DNA of 64,000 nucleotides. Source: Pseudomonadota bacterium. GTDB lineage: Bacteria > Bdellovibrionota_B > Oligoflexia > Oligoflexales > CAIYRB01. The notes under the pieces were generated by a model. The model had not been told where the DNA came from. It searched no databases and was given only the letters and a program-made list of their open reading frames with translations. A program made the translations under genes and the position numbers. The stretch spans positions 1 through 64,000 of the forward strand of contig JANOTL010000130.1 of the NCBI GenBank assembly GCA_031416315.1, given 5' to 3'. Shown in pieces: positions 63,880-64,000 of the stretch. The number at the start of each line of letters is the position of its first letter. Position 1 is the stretch's first letter.

Positions 63880-64000
63880 ATGAATGACTTCAGCTCTGAG
63901 CCCGGCGCGGCCCGGGCCTTTCCTGCCGCTTTTCTGAGCGATCGTCTGCCCCGTGTGCCTGGGCTGGCGCTCCGCGGCAACGGCGTGCTCGCGCGTCGTC
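63880..64000 (+). CDS. Possible 5' fragment of a gene running off the window
   Basis: ATG at 63880 with the frame open to the end of the window; too short to assign. Confidence 0.25.
   Translation, partial: MNDFSSEPGAARAFPAAFLSDRLPRVPGLALRGNGVLARR

Overview
This is a high-GC bacterial chromosomal segment, densely coding, with no recognisable mobile element, CRISPR array, rRNA or tRNA. Its gene content (many orphan lipoproteins, a STAS/Zn-ribbon protein, pseudo-receiver-TPR, a transglutaminase-elicitor homologue) suggests a Bdellovibrionota/Oligoflexia-like or other deltaproteobacterial-type lineage; this is an inference. Housekeeping genes are mutL, miaA, ubiE, tyrS, greA, hutI, cysS, trpBA, pheST, rsmI and sthA, plus a 6S RNA at 56454-56652 (minus strand) that the ORF track does not show. 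The best candidate for an undescribed system is a five-gene extracytoplasmic heme cluster at 34948-41530. It comprises a RoxA-like di-heme lipoprotein, a second di-heme cytochrome with an atypical CxxxCH site, two paralogous secreted proteins of an unnamed family and a lipoprotein, and it lies just downstream of an aldehyde dehydrogenase. Other points of interest: a candidate sRNA with two C-rich loops (about 61848-61932); a 1425-aa membrane protein made of two tandem repeats with an internal signal peptide; a divergent caspase-like / transglutaminase-like lipoprotein pair; a stand-alone LanC-like protein; and several apparent pseudo-enzymes (CobU, IrrE-like, PLA2-like). All family calls come from motif recognition by eye, not from database searches.
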